In this document: one piece after another, positions 49,301 to 63,290 of the stretch
How positions within the stretch are numbered: position 1 is the first letter of the stretch
How the letters are laid out: every line of letters begins with the position of its first letter
The notes under the pieces: model-generated
What the model saw: only the letters and a program-made list of their open reading frames with translations
Told to the model about the DNA's origin: nothing
Database searches by the model: none
DNA from: Phoronis australis
Taxonomy: Eukaryota > Animalia > Phoronida
Assembly: GCA_002633005.1 (NCBI GenBank)
Contig: NMRA01000018.1
Span: forward strand, 1,003,531 to 1,067,530
DNA length: 64,000 bases
Direction: 5' to 3'
Translations under genes and position numbers: made by a program

Positions 49301-52300
49301 GCATGTTAAGGTGAAGCGGGGAATATATGAGTTCACGACCTTCAGTACGTCATGCAATATTGGTGCAATATCTCAAGACAGGAGCTTTCGATTTCGTTCC
49401 TACTTTGTATCGAGGTGTAGGGCAGGGGAGTGGGGCGGGCATCAGGTGTGGCATCTCTTGGTGCATATCATTTTTAGGGTCACAAAGAGAAAATCAGGTT
49501 TTTACTTGCTGATGCAGTATCTCAAAAGGAATCTGTAGATTTTATTCATATTCTGCTTTGAGGTGAAGATGGTGCATTTCAAGGCGGCAATTGATTTTAG
49601 GGACCTTGACATCAATTTCAAGTTCACAGTCAGAAAGTCAAGTTTTTACTAATGGCAAATGTTGTTGGCACGATATCTCAAGAGAGTGAGATGGAGAGAG
49701 ATGAAGAGGATGTTTTACATGTTCATGTTTTGTATCAAGCTGTAGGTGGGGCATTTCAAGCTGCCAATAGAATTTGATGACCTTCACCTCATTTTCAAGG
49801 TCAGATAGCAAGACCAACGTGGAAGATGTTGGCACGATATCTCAGGAAGGAAGCTTTCCATTTTGTTCTTATTTTGTACTGAGGTGTATGTGGGCTACCA
49901 GTAGCATTTGGTGAACTTTATACCGTTTTCAGCGTTACAGTGGTAAAATCAGATTTCGACACTTCACTTAGTGCATTTTGTTTACTGGACTCCACCAGCT
50001 GCTGCTTTACATAATTCCTGTTATTTTATGCAGTGGCTACTTGGTGAGTATCAGAGACATGCACATCAAAACCAAGGTACACTTTGCATGAATACGGCAC
50101 TCTGCATAAATTCAATTGTTTGGCAACAATTTTTGTTCCATTCAAAATCATTACCACTTAAAGTTGTTTTTATAGCCTTGTAATATTCACGCATCCTGCA
50201 GTGGTGAGGGGTAATTTACTCGCTAGATGTGTGACAAATATACTCGTTCCAGCATGGTTATTCACCATGGCTAAGTCGCTTTGTTCCTGTTTGAAGTTTT
50301 TAATTTCCCGTAATTAGTAGTGTGTGGGACTTAAAGTTTTTAAATGATGAAATGATAGCTACTAACTGATCACGTGGGACCAGAGACACCTGCTGTCTTC
50401 TGTGTGTTGGTTGGTAATTCTGCTTGGCAGCATAGGGGTACACTTTAATTTTATGAACAATTTATGATAGTGGCAGAAGTGAAATTCCTGCTTTGTCAAG
50501 CAGACATTCCTCTGACTCAGTTGTCACACAAATTTATACAATTTCCCATCACCTCACGTGTAGTATTGATATAGCATACTTTTTAATATAGCATGGTTTG
50601 CCCATTTTTTGGTATAGTGTATGGGCAAACTCTGTGGACTGCTCTGCCTCAGCTAGATTACCTAGATGGTTACAATAAGCAAGGTGTGCCGGATCAAGGT
50701 GACAACATCGACGTTCCAGGTATGTTTTAGATAATCAGCAGTATTGGTGTGGCTGCATTTAAATTCACACTAGGGTGAGATTTTGCTCCTAACCTTTGAT
50801 CCTTGGCAGAGGATCTTCCTAATTTTTTTACTTCACCAACTTTGCCGTTACGATTGGTCCCAATTTTGAGGTAGATAAGACAGTAGGGTTTGAAGGTAGA
50901 TACAGTTGTTAAGCTGCTAGTTGTTAATATTAGATACGCTAATTACTGAGTATCAGCTATAGAATTTTGCTGAGCCTCCTTGTATGTTGTTTCTGAAGCA
51001 CCGCTTTCTTTGTCTAACAGGTGAAGCTGTTTGATTGAACTGAGTTTAAAGATAATACTGAATCTTATGAGTAGTGGAGTTCAAAGAATTTTATCTATGG
51101 CGCTTACATCGTTTTCAAATGCATTGTGGGACGGGTGTCTGTTCATTAACATCCGTTGACATCACTGATGACTAAAAGTATGTTGGAAAAACAACACTTG
51201 GCACTTGTGTGTACCAGAATTGAAAGCACCATTCCCTTGCAACATGTGTTTTGGCGCGACTACGACAAAGCAACCATCTTCAATTGGAAAAATAAAGGAT
51301 TGAAAGCGAGCCTCTAAATGCATACGAGGAATAGCAAAGTTTTTTACGCAAAAGATTTGTGAGTCATGAGCCATGCCATCATGGCAAAGTCACCACCCAT
51401 AAATCATGTCACATGTCCACAAGTTATGTGTGATGTCACCTGATGTTGACGAGTTGACAAGCTCCCCACAGTGCATTTGAAAAACGACAGCTGCTGCACT
51501 ACCAGCTGAAATCCCCCAACCATTTTCTATTGTACTGCTGATGTGCATGCTATTCAAAGTTACGTAAAGGCTCACTGCCCGTCGTGGTTTTTTGCAACTC
51601 CTCGCTCTAGCTATTTCGACAGGGAATTACGCTATCACTCAGCCATCGTAATGGAGAATTGTGTTTACGCGCTGCCGTCATGACGTGTGAATTCCAAATC
51701 ATTTTGTCCAATTCTTGGCATCCATTGTTATCTGCTGTGCTAGATTGGGTAATAGTCGCTTACAGGAGTCGTGCATTTCAAGAACCAGTTTTCTTCCCTG
51801 AGTAATGGGCATCAAAGTCGGTAGAGCTCAGTAACGCCAAGACCTTGCTGGAAAAGCATGATTGAGCAAGATTAAGCGAGATATTGCAGTGTTTTCAACG
51901 AGAGATTTTTTCACTGCGAGACAGCTGTTGTACTGTATCTTGACTCTCAAAATCTGGTACCCCTGTAAGTAACTATTGCCCTAAATTGAGAACTTCTTTT
52001 AACATTCACTTTCTATCCGCCACAGGCTTAGATGAATTTCTCGACTATCTCGTCTCCAATGAAAGCGGTAATAGTGGATCTGTAAGTAAATGCTCTGTTA
52101 TCTTTTAGTTTACGTTAATCTGTGTCAACTTGTAGTTAGTATAGGATGCCTTGTGATTAAGCCATATAGCAGGTTTAGGTAGAAATCTGCGGGTGATGGG
52201 AAGGATTAGTAAAATAACTTCTTTGTCTCAAAATGCTGACTTGCAGCCATCAACCTATAAAGTATTTCTGAAACTGGAAGTTTAGTCTATGTTGTGTACA

Positions 52301-55300
52301 AACTTCAATGTGTCCTGGGATCTGTTTCATGATGGTGACTTAAGACAGAAATTTGGTCTTGCGCACCCACCTCACAATTGTAGAAAAAGATTTTTAGGTA
52401 CGTAACTGTTAGGAATATGAGGCAATCGAGATTAGGATTTTCATGATTTTCGTGAAAAATACTCTGAAGTTGAATAAAACAAAAACAAAATTTGCTCTTT
52501 CAGAGAATGTGTACTTTTAGCAAGTTAAAATCTATAGTTTTGTAGATATTTGTCTGTTATACAGAATTTGTTGAATACACGACACTTTTCAGTACAGTCA
52601 GATATTTGTCTAAATATGCAGACTTGTCATAACCTTAACAGTGCCAATACTGTGCTCTACAGGACAATGTTATTTCACTGGCCACTCCTGCGATAGACGA
52701 AGCACTGGAGAAGTTCCGTCAACGAGGTGCAACGACCCCTGAGGTCAGCACGACTGATCATGACGTATCAACTGATAATCACAAGTCACCATCACCTCCT
52801 GTCAAACAGGTATTGTTCAATCCTCAGTCTCGTGACCAGACTACATAAAAGTTGGGCAATAGTGTGATAAAACATGCCTGCATTTTCAAAACCAGTTTGA
52901 TGCCCGTTATTCAGTGGAGAAAACTGGCTCTCAAAATTTGGGCATGTTATATCAGACTACCTAAAAGTTGTGTGCTGAATAACAACCGTGCCGTCATGGC
53001 ATTTTAAAAAATCCAGAGCCGGGACTTCATGAAGTGGGATTTCGTACGCTGAGAATAGCCTCATATGGAATTATGAGGCGATGCTAGAAAAACTGCCCAC
53101 TGTTTCCCTGCATTTGTGCCACCTCTTTTTTCAACCTGCTTGCATTGGTTACTGTTGTTGCTGTTCATTGCAGTTTGCAGCACTGGACATTTCAAAGACT
53201 TAGTTTTTCGAATTGTTCTTTAGGTTACAATGCAGGGACAAAAATTATTTGGAAAGTTGGAGAAGTATTTTTGAATGTATGTTGACCTTTGTTTTCTTTT
53301 ACATTATAACAGTATGTTTCAGTGTTCTCCACATTTGAAAATCTGAACAGGTCGCACGCGTAAAAACTGCAACGTGCCGGAACCGCGCGGCGGTCAACGT
53401 TCTCCATAAGCTGGTGTGCAGTTTTTTTGTGCACCTTATTTTTACCCACGCATTTTAATAGTAATGCACAGTAGTGCAAACAAATAACTTCAACTTTTAT
53501 TTGTAAAAGTTAGACTATTTACAAACATATCACATATGTCATAACCCAGTTGCTTAGTCAATGACTTTGAAATGGAAGTCTACAGACATGTTTGATACAC
53601 TAGTATGGAGGTTTTAGGCTACTCAATAATTGTGATGTCAATGTCAACTAAGTAGGAAAAGTCCAACACAGAAGTAAACTTTTCCCATGAAGTAGATAGT
53701 CCAAGTGAAGTGTCTTTGCAAAGTCAATCAGATTTTTATTTCTTGATAGCAGAGGCTATGTTTTCCGTCGGTCTGTAAGTGTAATGTCTTGCACAGCATT
53801 CTTATAGTCTGAATTCGATGTTCTGAAGCTGGTACAATATATTGAACTTCTGCACTACCAGAAATCTTGTAAAAACTGCACAATATGCGAGTCCTCCCTT
53901 ATGAATGCAAATTAGGTAGGGTAAACAAATTTCACGTGCGTTTTCCGTCTACTTGGACGGGAGTGTTAGGCCTGTTGATGACAAGCAATATTTCTAAAAA
54001 GATATCAATTGAATTATCAAACGCTTGCTACTATAGAATTCCCATAATTTTCAGAATTGTCACAACTCATTCTTCCAGATGAAAACCATCTATTCTCATG
54101 TTAGAGCGAATTGTATCCATTTGTATTGCCGATGTTTGACGTTGTCGGCAAAAATTTGGTTCACCGTTCATGACACGGATATTTGTGATTCGTTGACTGA
54201 GCCCAGCAATATCACCACCATCCGGCCCTGGATTATCTGTCATATCTGCATCTGAGTCAACGCAGGCCTTTATCCAGGATTTCAAAAATAGGGTGTCCAA
54301 AATGGGGTTCCCAATATTCCAGGGCGTCCATGATTCTGACGCGTAACCCCCCACCCCCAGCAAACCCCCCAGACACAAACATTTTTTTACAAAAAATGCA
54401 TAGACCAAGGTTTTATAGCATTTAAGTTTACAAAACAGCCTTCTGTAGTGAGCATTTTTACTAAAAAAAATGTAGACCAAGACTTATACAATGCTATCAA
54501 CCAAGTGTGAGCAAAGCAACATTGTATATACTTTGTATATACATTGTATATTTCTTCCTGCTTTGAAAAACAGCCCCCACTGTGAGCCTTCAGAGGCTTC
54601 CTAGTATTCAATACAATGTGTGAGTCCAAACTTGAAAGGTTCCTATTGACAGTGGGGGTCCAAATGATACATTGGGCATCCTTGCCAGGGCATCAAGATT
54701 AGTGCTAGGGCCACCCAGGACATCCGCTGCATAAAGGCCTGAGTCAACGTCAGTATATGAAACATCTCTCGGTTTTTAAAATAATCCATAGGCTTAGCGG
54801 TGCTTCGCTTTCGCGCGGCAGACCACATTTCTAAATATATAGAATGCGCATGCCAATCGGTAACGGAAGCCAGGATAGAATTCACTAACGTAAGGACCAA
54901 GCCACTGGTAAACAAGACTCTGCGAGATTACGCGAGATATTACCGTTTGATTTCAATGAGAGTACGTGATTTTGGCTGCAATTTTTCAGCGCGAGACACA
55001 TATATTTTGAACTTTACTCAGTGACGTCACCCGCTGTCCCAAATCTCGGAATATTCCCCTGAAACCGCAAACGTCACGCACGGCCACTATCAAAATTGGG
55101 CTTGCGAACGGCTTGATAGATTTTTAGAGGGATTATGCACCACAAATATAATTTTCATGCTGCCAACAAAACACTTTATATAGCAACGAGATGGACTCGG
55201 TCAATCTCAATGGGCCGGTGGCACAAAAAGTAACCAATAATATTCATCTAAGTGAGAAATACACAAACAACAACCAATGAGAGCCATCAAAAGCAGTTTC

Positions 55301-58300
55301 ATGCAAATGTGACTGGTATTGGTAAAGTCTGTGCCGTGGGGCTCACGGAATATTGAAAAATGTGCCACGAAAACCAAAATTCTGGCCTCCCAGAAGACGG
55401 CCGTTGCATAAACTGCTGCGCAACAGTGTCTTTGCTGACAACATACTTCGCAGAACTAACCACCGAGCCTTAGTTATTGTCAATGGGTAATATGATCAGT
55501 TGTCCGCCGAACACAAAAGGTGACTACAACAGCGAATAGGCAATGATCAGCGACTTTGCCGGACTGCACCTCCAGTGAGCAGGTAGTGCATTAGGCGTAT
55601 AGGTAGCACTGGGCCTTTGTTAAAATTGACTAGTTGTTCGAGATGAATTGAAAAGATAATTGAGAGATTATTTACATGCCGCGTTACACCAGCGGCCCGG
55701 TCTGCCGCTTGAGTGAGACCGGTGATTGGGCTGTCCACAACTGACCACTTCCTTAGCCTTTATTTAGTTTCAATGGGCTATGGCCAGTTGCTGTCAAGCG
55801 TAATTTGAACCAGTGAAGATCTTATTAATGATGACGACGCCTTTTTTACAAAGTAGTCCTTATATTTTTAAACTGGTCGCGAGATTTTTAAACAGGACGC
55901 GGGACATTTAAACAGGACGCGGGACATTTAAACAGGACGCGTGCTCGGCCAAACAGGACGCTGCGACACGTTAAAAGTGGTCGTGGAGAACACTGTGCTT
56001 GACATTGGCTGTGGTATCACTTCTATGTTGCCTTTATTTTCTTACCTTAAGTTTCAGAAGAGCGTGTTTTGGGATGAGTTTTACTTTGAGTGAATTACAT
56101 CTGACAGTTCTAAGTTTTTAATGGGGAATTTTACTTTGAAGGCTTTTTATCAAGAATTTAACACATTTTACTCACTAAAAGGTATTTTAAACTTTTTCAG
56201 TTTATTTCTATAAATTTTAAATTAAATTGATAAAGGTAGCAGATGCTCAAACTGTAAGTGTAGACTGTTCTAAGCTCGCTGTTTTCCTTGGCTTTTCAGG
56301 TCTAATAACTGTGCTCAATAGGCGAGACGCCTGTAGAATTTCAATCCCAGCCTCATTGCATGACAATTTGCATTTGAATTTCGAATGATGCCAGAAATGG
56401 GTACTTAGACAACGATTCAGCCGGTCAGACATGTTGTTTACAGTGTGAGATCTGTTCACAGCACCACATATACGGTTTTAAAGAATAATATATGAATAGT
56501 CTAAAAAGACTAAAAAGTACCAAGATATACCAAATTGATCAAAAACGCCTTCAAAATGGCAACATTCTCCTTTAATGGTCTTAAGTTAAGTGACTGAGTA
56601 AGTAGAAGCCATTCTCAAAATTTTGAAAGACCGAAGTTATTGTACAGGATGAGACTGGTCTCATTAACGCTAATGAGTGTTGAAATCTGAAGAGTGGTCG
56701 GTGGGAACAGTTGAAACTTGTCATTGATTTCTTTTAATTTGCATCCAGGAATTGAAAAGTTTTATGTTTGCAGAGTGATCACCGTCTGTCCGTAGATCAT
56801 GAAGTGAGGTTGGAAAAATTGGAGCATCAACTGGCACAGGTGTTATATGATAGTAAGGTGGGTTGAGTTTCTGTTGATATTAATGAATTCAAAGGTTTCA
56901 AAGTAGATGCCACTGGTATTAATTTTCAAAATACTATGGCAGTTCGAATTTGATCGACAAAATTACTTGCCCAATTCAAGTCCTCAAAGGATTGGAAAAT
57001 GTGCCACTTTCAAGGAAAATGCGGGCTAGGCTTCATTAGAAGAAACACATATAGATTATTTCAATACATGACTGTTTTAGTATACAATAACAGTAACAAT
57101 TTAGCATATTTCGTCCATCCAAACCCAGCAGCCGGGGATGAAATATAATTTTAGTTATCAATGGTTGGACATTGGAAAAACCTTTAAGGCAATTTGTAAA
57201 CTTTGTGTTCATCACAATAAAATTGGACTGTTGTTGCTGAAGCGCAGTCAAATTTGAACGCCGCGAAATGGTTTCTCGTGGAACATGGCTTGGTTTTGCA
57301 AGTATTGTCTTCAATTTTCATTTTTCTTCTGTTGTCTGCTATTGACTGTTGTCTGCCATTAACTGTTGTCTGTTATTCGCTATTTCTGCTATTTGCTGTT
57401 GTCTGCTATTTGCTGTTGTATGCTGTTCGCTGTTGTATGCTATTCGCTGTTGTCTGCTATTCGCTGTTATCTGCTATTCGCTGTTGTCTGCTATTCGCTG
57501 TTGTCTGCTGTTCACTGTCTGCTATTTGCTGTTGTCTGCTGTTCACTATGCTAACCACTGTTGCTTCCATGAATTACTAATAACACACATTCACCAAAGG
57601 AGAATTTGAATCACTTTTGACAAGTTATTTAAAATTGTTCATTCAGAAGAAAGATGGTATACCGTATAATTTGCTAAAAAGTTGATGCAATGTAGGCGCT
57701 TCACCTTTTAACTAGTATACTTGGAGAACGGCTGTGTCATCAGGGTTGTTTTGAAGTAGTAGTTGATGAACCAAGGCATGTTAAGTGTATTTGTCACTAG
57801 TAATTAAATATTGCTCTTTTTCAGGCATCAGGGGATAGCAGAAAAAAGGTTCCAACAAGGCTAGTGCCTAAGAGGGGTATGTGATTAGATTTATTTATGC
57901 ACCGGTGTTGTTTATATTATATATGTGAGTGCATCATGCCGTCATTCACATTCGTCCAGCATCTTCTGTTGTATCTCCAAAACCTGTTGTTGGATATTAT
58001 TGAAATTTTGCAAACATGATCCTATCATGGATTGGATGGCATGAGCAAGTTTTTGGACAGTTCCGACTACCGGTGTCACCCCCACTAACAATTTTATTTT
58101 TTTACATTTACCTCTGAACCTTCGGAGTTAATTGATGAATTTTCATGAAATTTGGTGAGTACCTATTTATTAAGGAGACGACGCTGCCTTCTCAGTTTTG
58201 GATATATTCGACTTACTCTGCACCCCTAGTGGCTGTTTTTACAGTTTTTATGCGCCCACATATTTATATGTGGTTGCATATTGTCGTCATCTCTGTCTGG

Positions 58301-61300
58301 GCGTCCGGCGTCTGCGGCTGTATCTCCCAAACCCCTTTCAGGATCATATTGAAATTTGGCAAGTGTGTTCCTATGGGATTGACGACAGAGGGCGACAAGT
58401 TTCGGACCGACCCGAATACCACTGTGCCCCCTAGTGTCAATTTTAGTTTTTTTACGTTTGCCTCTGTATCTTCAAAGGTCCTCAACCAATTTTTGTGAAA
58501 TTTGGCTCATAGGAATCTTTTAATGAGATTTCCATAAAATTTGGCACATAGACATCTATTAGTGAGATAACGCTATCCTCCCGTTTTCGGATGGATTCGT
58601 AGTTTGCGCCACCTAGTGGCCGTTTTTGTTGTAAATGACTTTCTTTTAAGGGCTGTTCCAGTAAAATCTGTATGGGAGGGGGGAAGGCACCTTTTTTTCG
58701 CACCCACCACCCATATTTTTCATTTATTTCTTCAGCCTACCACCCGTATTTTTTTATAAGTTAAAAATGCAACCACCGGTAATTTTTTTTGTTCTTGTGG
58801 TTGACTGCACAGGCGCTTTAGTATATCTGTTCCTCCATCACCACTAACCCCATTAATTACTAAGAAAACATATGTTTCTTATATATCATGGTTATTAGCC
58901 ATCGAGAAATTTGAGCACCTGTGGTTAACTGGTGTTATGGGGATGCCGATGAGGAGATCGGAGGGAGTGAAAAAGTCGGAGCTTTTTGCAAGTTGCATTT
59001 TGTTTCAGTTTTTGATTCTGTGCGGATTGTTTATAAAATTTACTAAAATTACCCACCATCAAACATGGCCTAATGAAACAACAACAACCTGTGAATTTTT
59101 ATTTTTTTGAAGTACGACCACCAGCCATTTTGAATTTAAATCGAACGCAACCACCCATAAATTTTTATTTCAGTTGCCTTCCCCCCCCTCTCACACAGAT
59201 TTTTCTGGAACAGCCCTAAAGAAACGGTGACATTTTCTGGTTTTCAGATGGACTCAACGTATTTTGTGCCATCTAGTGGCCATTTCGAAGATACAAACAA
59301 AACACCCTAAGAGCACACCATTTGCGATGCATTCGTGGGCGCATTTCAACGTTCCGCGTTGCTCTTGTTGAATCTTTTGGCGTCCTTCCTCCGCTTCATT
59401 GGCCAAACCACTTTAAAGGTGATTATGAAAATTGGCATATGTGTTCTTGTTGGGAAGAGGAAAAAAAACAATTGCAGGCGGTCTGATACACGTTGTACCA
59501 GACGTGCGCAGGCCTCGCATGTGGGCCCATTGCACTGATCACCTGGAAATATTTTTATGCTTTATTGATATATGGTTAAAACCGAGCTGAGGAGCTAGAA
59601 ACCTGGCTCAAGGGTTTAGCAGTATGACCTGGTGGGACTTGAACCCACGACCTTGAGTAAAGAAAGCGGGCACTTATCAACCAGGCCACACTGACTCCTC
59701 TTGGGAAGAGGACAGCTGACAATGATTTTTGAATGGCTCCGACTGCTGCAGCGCCTGCAGCAGTGGCAGTTTTTTTACATCCACAGCTGTATTGTATAAA
59801 CCCTTGCAAGAATTTGTTAAATTTGGCAAATGTATTTCTATGAAAGTGACCACGGATGGCGATGACTTTTGGATGGAGCCGACTACAACTGTGCCCCTGG
59901 AGGCAATTTCCTTTTTTGCATTTTCCTCGACTGTATCTTTGGAATGGATGGGTTTGAGTTCTGCCATGCTTCCTAATGTCAAGTTGTATTTTTCACATTC
60001 ACTTCTGTATCTTTTAAGTTCCTTAAGTTGTTGGATTTTCGTGAAATTTTACAAACACTTTTGTATTAGGGAGACGGGGACGCTTTTGTATTTTTGAACG
60101 GGTGTGACGTATTCTGAACTATCTAATGGTTGTTTTTATGACCCATAGAAACATGCCGTTTGTGGTGCACCCTGTAATTGTTCTCGCTATTTTCAAATCT
60201 GTTTTTGGCATCCATCTCTCTATCCGGCAAACCATTACCAAGATCATTATGAGAACTGGCACGTGTTCCCACTGGAAGAGCACAGGTGACGATAATTTTT
60301 GGATGGCTCTGACTACTGTGGCACCTCCTAGTGGCAGTTTTGTTTTTTCTCGTCTGTGGCTGTATCTATTAAATCTCAATAATATTTCTAGGAATGTGAC
60401 AGCAGATGATGACGACTTTGGGACAGATGCGATTTCCGTTGTGCCCCCTAGTGGCAATTTTACTTTTACGTTTTCCTCCACATCTTAGGAGTTACCTGAT
60501 GGATTTTCATGAAACATGGCAAATAAGTTTTTATAAAAGAGACGATAACACCTTCCCATATGTGGATGAACTCAATGTTTTTTATGTCACCTAGTGGCCA
60601 TTTTTATTATTTTTGAGTCTGTTTTTTAGTGTCAACCTCTCTATCGCAAACTCATAGGATAATTAAAATTGCCTTAATATGTGTTTCTACTAGGAAGTGC
60701 ATGGCTTTCGATTATTTTCGAATTGTAATGCCTTTCTGTGGCAATTTTCTTTTTTGATTGTGGGTCAATACAAGTGTCTTGGTGGATCTTCATGAGATTT
60801 GACATGTCTTTCTATTGAGGACAGTACAACTGGCGTGGACTTTGGGACAAATCCAACTACTACGGCATCACCTATTGGCAATTTTGTTTTTATTGCGTTT
60901 GCCTTGATACCTACCAAGTTCCTTGATGGATGTTCTTGAAATTTGGTAAATAAGACAACAGCACTGGCCCTGTTTCAGATGGATTTGACTTACGTTGCGT
61001 CTCCTAGTTATCTTTCGTTTGTTTTTGTATCCTTGTGCTTCTCTATTCTCCAAATTTCGTGAAGAATCCGATAAAAGGTGGCAGGGTTTTTCTATGGAGG
61101 AGAGCATTAATTTTTTACTTGCTTTGCACTTCCTAGTGGCTATTATTAAGTTTACAAGCGTTGCTCTGTTTAGTGTAAATGTTTAAAATACTGATCATGT
61201 CTTGTATCTGCACTGTAAGCGATGCACACAGTGGATGCATGCGTTGCTCTTGTTTCTTAAAGCCTCATGCAGCTTTGTTTTGGTCCATGTTTTGTGGTGG

Positions 61301-62834
61301 ATCCCTCTGTTTCATTGCTTTGGTCCACGTTTTGGGGTGGAAAACTCTGTTTCTGTTTTTGATTATGGTGAGTTAACATTCTCTGTTACATATGTCGATG
61401 AAACCAAAGGCCGAGTGGAGTTCATCTGAAAGATTCACCACCAAAAACTTGATGTTTTCAATTTGATAGTCAGCCGGCCAAAATTTGACAAGTCTTCTAA
61501 TAAATAAAATTTAGATGACATAGTCATGTTGAAAGCAAAGAGCACATGTCACAAGTACCTAAAACTATCCCTGATCACTGCTTGTTTGCCAACCTCGAAA
61601 TTCCGAATTAACAAACTAGATAGTTTATGTGTTTATTTTATAAAAATTTCAAGTGCTAAATTGCCCTCGTGGTTACCTTAATCAGGGAAAAAACTCCAAG
61701 ACTTGAAAAAATTTTTGAAAATGTGACGTGGCCTTCCGTTTCTTTTTTTATTTATGGGTCCAAATGGCATCATGTTAGCGGCAGATATGTCAACTGAATA
61801 ATTAACACTGCATAGCAGTATGGAAGAAGCAAAGTGAGGACTAAAAGCTCTACCACAAAGTCTTGTATACTTACGCAACATGGCATTATAGGCGGAATAA
61901 TGAATTTTATAGGAATATTGGATAATGCAAGAATCACGAATATATGGCTATGGGAATATAGCTATGGGCTATGTATTCAAATTTATGTGTAAGGCCTTTG
62001 CATTTCTTCCACTATACGTAAGACCTGTCGCTATTTTTCATATGCTTTCAGCCTATAAGTCATTATCTGTGCTGTCAAAATCAATAAAGTGTTGACTTGG
62101 TATACCCGTTCCATTAAGATATTGAATTAAATAATAAATCAAAACATCACATGTTATGCAATTTAAAATGGCAAACATGGTCTTTTAGTCAAAATGTGTA
62201 TTTTTTTAATTTTCTTTATTGCATTGACTTCTATTTGAATGCAATCTCATGAAGACATAATCTTGTTAGTGGGAATTTATGGTTTGCATATTGTAGCGCA
62301 CCGAAACTGGCACGTTCGGAGTTCATAAGTCAATAGTTATGACAAAAATGGATATCAATCAGCCGAAGTAACAGTGAGCTTGTCGTTTTTTACAAAATTG
62401 CTCACTTTGAATTTAGTGCATTGGGACTTTGTGGGCTTACTTGTAATAAAGATGGAGTTTATAAAACTTTGATAGTCAATTTTTTCCTCCTGTTATCACC
62501 AAAAACGAACATAGCTGTATTTTCATTTACACAATCAAAACAGCTGGAATTGAGTATTGTTGGGAAAGACAAACAGTGCTTGTGTAACTTGTCATGTAGA
62601 ATGTTAACGCCCAGTTAACGAGAAGTAATTTTTTTTTGCCAAAATGACTAAATTTTGGGAATAAATCTTTAGTACCTGTTTTGCAGACGTTGATCCCACT
62701 GACGAGAGTGAGACAGAGAACACACCTCCTCAGGGGGCTAAAGCAAGACGATCAAAGATACCGAGTTATCGCCGTCCGAAGGTGTCTGTAAGAGTTCAGC
62801 GTCACCCTCCTACCAAGAGCGCTCAGTCAACCAG
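46341..62834 (+). CDS. LRRCC1: Leucine-rich repeat and coiled-coil domain-containing protein 1 (centriolar), 5' part; continues beyond the window
   Basis: In-phase exons: 46341-46648 (ELCFIDASIKSL..INLHSNAI..LDLSSNRL..LNLSSNFI), 48252-48466 (LSYNNIEDLSG..LQGNRVSSLHHV..DNPVC), 50618-50719 (LPQLDYLDG), 52026-52081, 52663-52809, 56774-56857 (HEVRLEKLEHQL), 57825-57876, 62687-62834 (KRDVDPTDESE). The order SDS22-like LRRs, LRR cap, then these motifs matches LRRCC1 as recalled. Confidence 0.85.
48103..48170 (-). mobile_element. Partial tRNA-derived SINE (3' half)
   Basis: gttaaaacagaactgaggagctagagacctgac...gtgggactt matches the 59575 copy. Confidence 0.6.
53320..55995. mobile_element. 2.7-kb non-autonomous DNA transposon in an LRRCC1 intron
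   Basis: 13-bp TIR CAGTGTTCTCCAC...GTGGAGAACACTG; flanks TGTTT/TGCTT (possible 5-bp TSD with one mismatch); subterminal 20-bp repeats aaacaggacgcgggacattt at ~55890-55960. Confidence 0.75.
54263..54741. mobile_element. hAT-family MITE (479 bp) nested in the 53320-55995 element
   Basis: TIR CAGGCCTTTAT...ATAAAGGCCTG with perfect 8-bp TSD AGTCAACG; a related right end occurs at ~9740-9768. Confidence 0.9.
57325..57552. repeat. Low-complexity ~17-bp tandem repeat (gtctgctattcgctgtt)n
   Basis: Degenerate repeated unit; produces spurious Cys/Leu-rich ORFs. Confidence 0.9.
58650..59216. mobile_element. PIF/Harbinger-type (Tourist-like) MITE, 567 bp
   Basis: TIR GGGCTGTTCCAG.AAAATCTGT..GAGGGGGGAAGGCA mirrored at the right end; TAA 3-bp TSD on both sides. 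Confidence 0.88.
59575..59701 (-). mobile_element. tRNA-derived SINE, full copy
   Basis: Reverse complement reads gaggagtcagtgtggcctggttg...gtcgtgggttcaagtcccacc...ctagctcctcagctcggttttaacc; same family as 25086. Confidence 0.78.
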
Positions 62835-62871
62835 GTGAGTCCAGGTGAAATCTTACACATGGAGATTCTTT

Positions 62872-63290
62872 CAGCACTCGGCGTAACAAGCTGCAGGTCG
62901 CATTTGCTACCTGAAATTTGGAAATGCGAGCTGAGATTTTGCGACCTGGAGCGAGCTGAGTATTCACGCTTCTTGGCAGATATGTGACAAATGTAAAGCA
63001 ATTCGTGTGAATCGGACCATGTTTTCAATTGGTCGTTGCAAAATTAAGTTCAAAAGAACACTAACAGAGAACAGCCCTCACGATGACTTGTAAGCATGTC
63101 GCATGAGCATGGGATAATACAAAGTCGATCTTTGATGTTTTTCATTGGCTAATATTTTCGTCTACTTTGCAAATTTCCGGATGTGCTGAAGAAAGTTTCA
63201 GACCATGGCCATAACGTGATAAAATGTGACAAGGCAGTGGTGTTTCTACTAATTCTTAAACGCCCAACTTGACAACATTTGTTTTTCGTG
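62872..63290 (-). mobile_element. Diverged end of an element related to the hAT-like transposon at 42692-44348
   Basis: ctgcaggtcgcatttg..aaatgcgagctgagatttt and gagaacagccctc.cgatgacttgtaagca match the reverse complement of ~43900-44348. Confidence 0.7.

Larger units (their letters stand above)
57940..61160 (+). repeat. Degenerate repeat array (~130-280-bp subunits) carrying recurrent CCxCTAGTGG motifs
   Basis: Recurring gaaatttggca.. / ttttggatgg..actac / gtgccccctagtggcaatttt blocks, interrupted by a MITE and a SINE. Confidence 0.7.

Noticed and set aside
57254-57609. Cys-rich or membrane proteins from three overlapping ORFs
   Set aside because: They are translations of a simple tandem repeat inside an LRRCC1 intron.
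58145-60594. Protein family encoded by similar ORFs (KFGKC..TTVPPS)
   Set aside because: Similarity comes from the repeated DNA unit; frames are inconsistent and occur on both strands.
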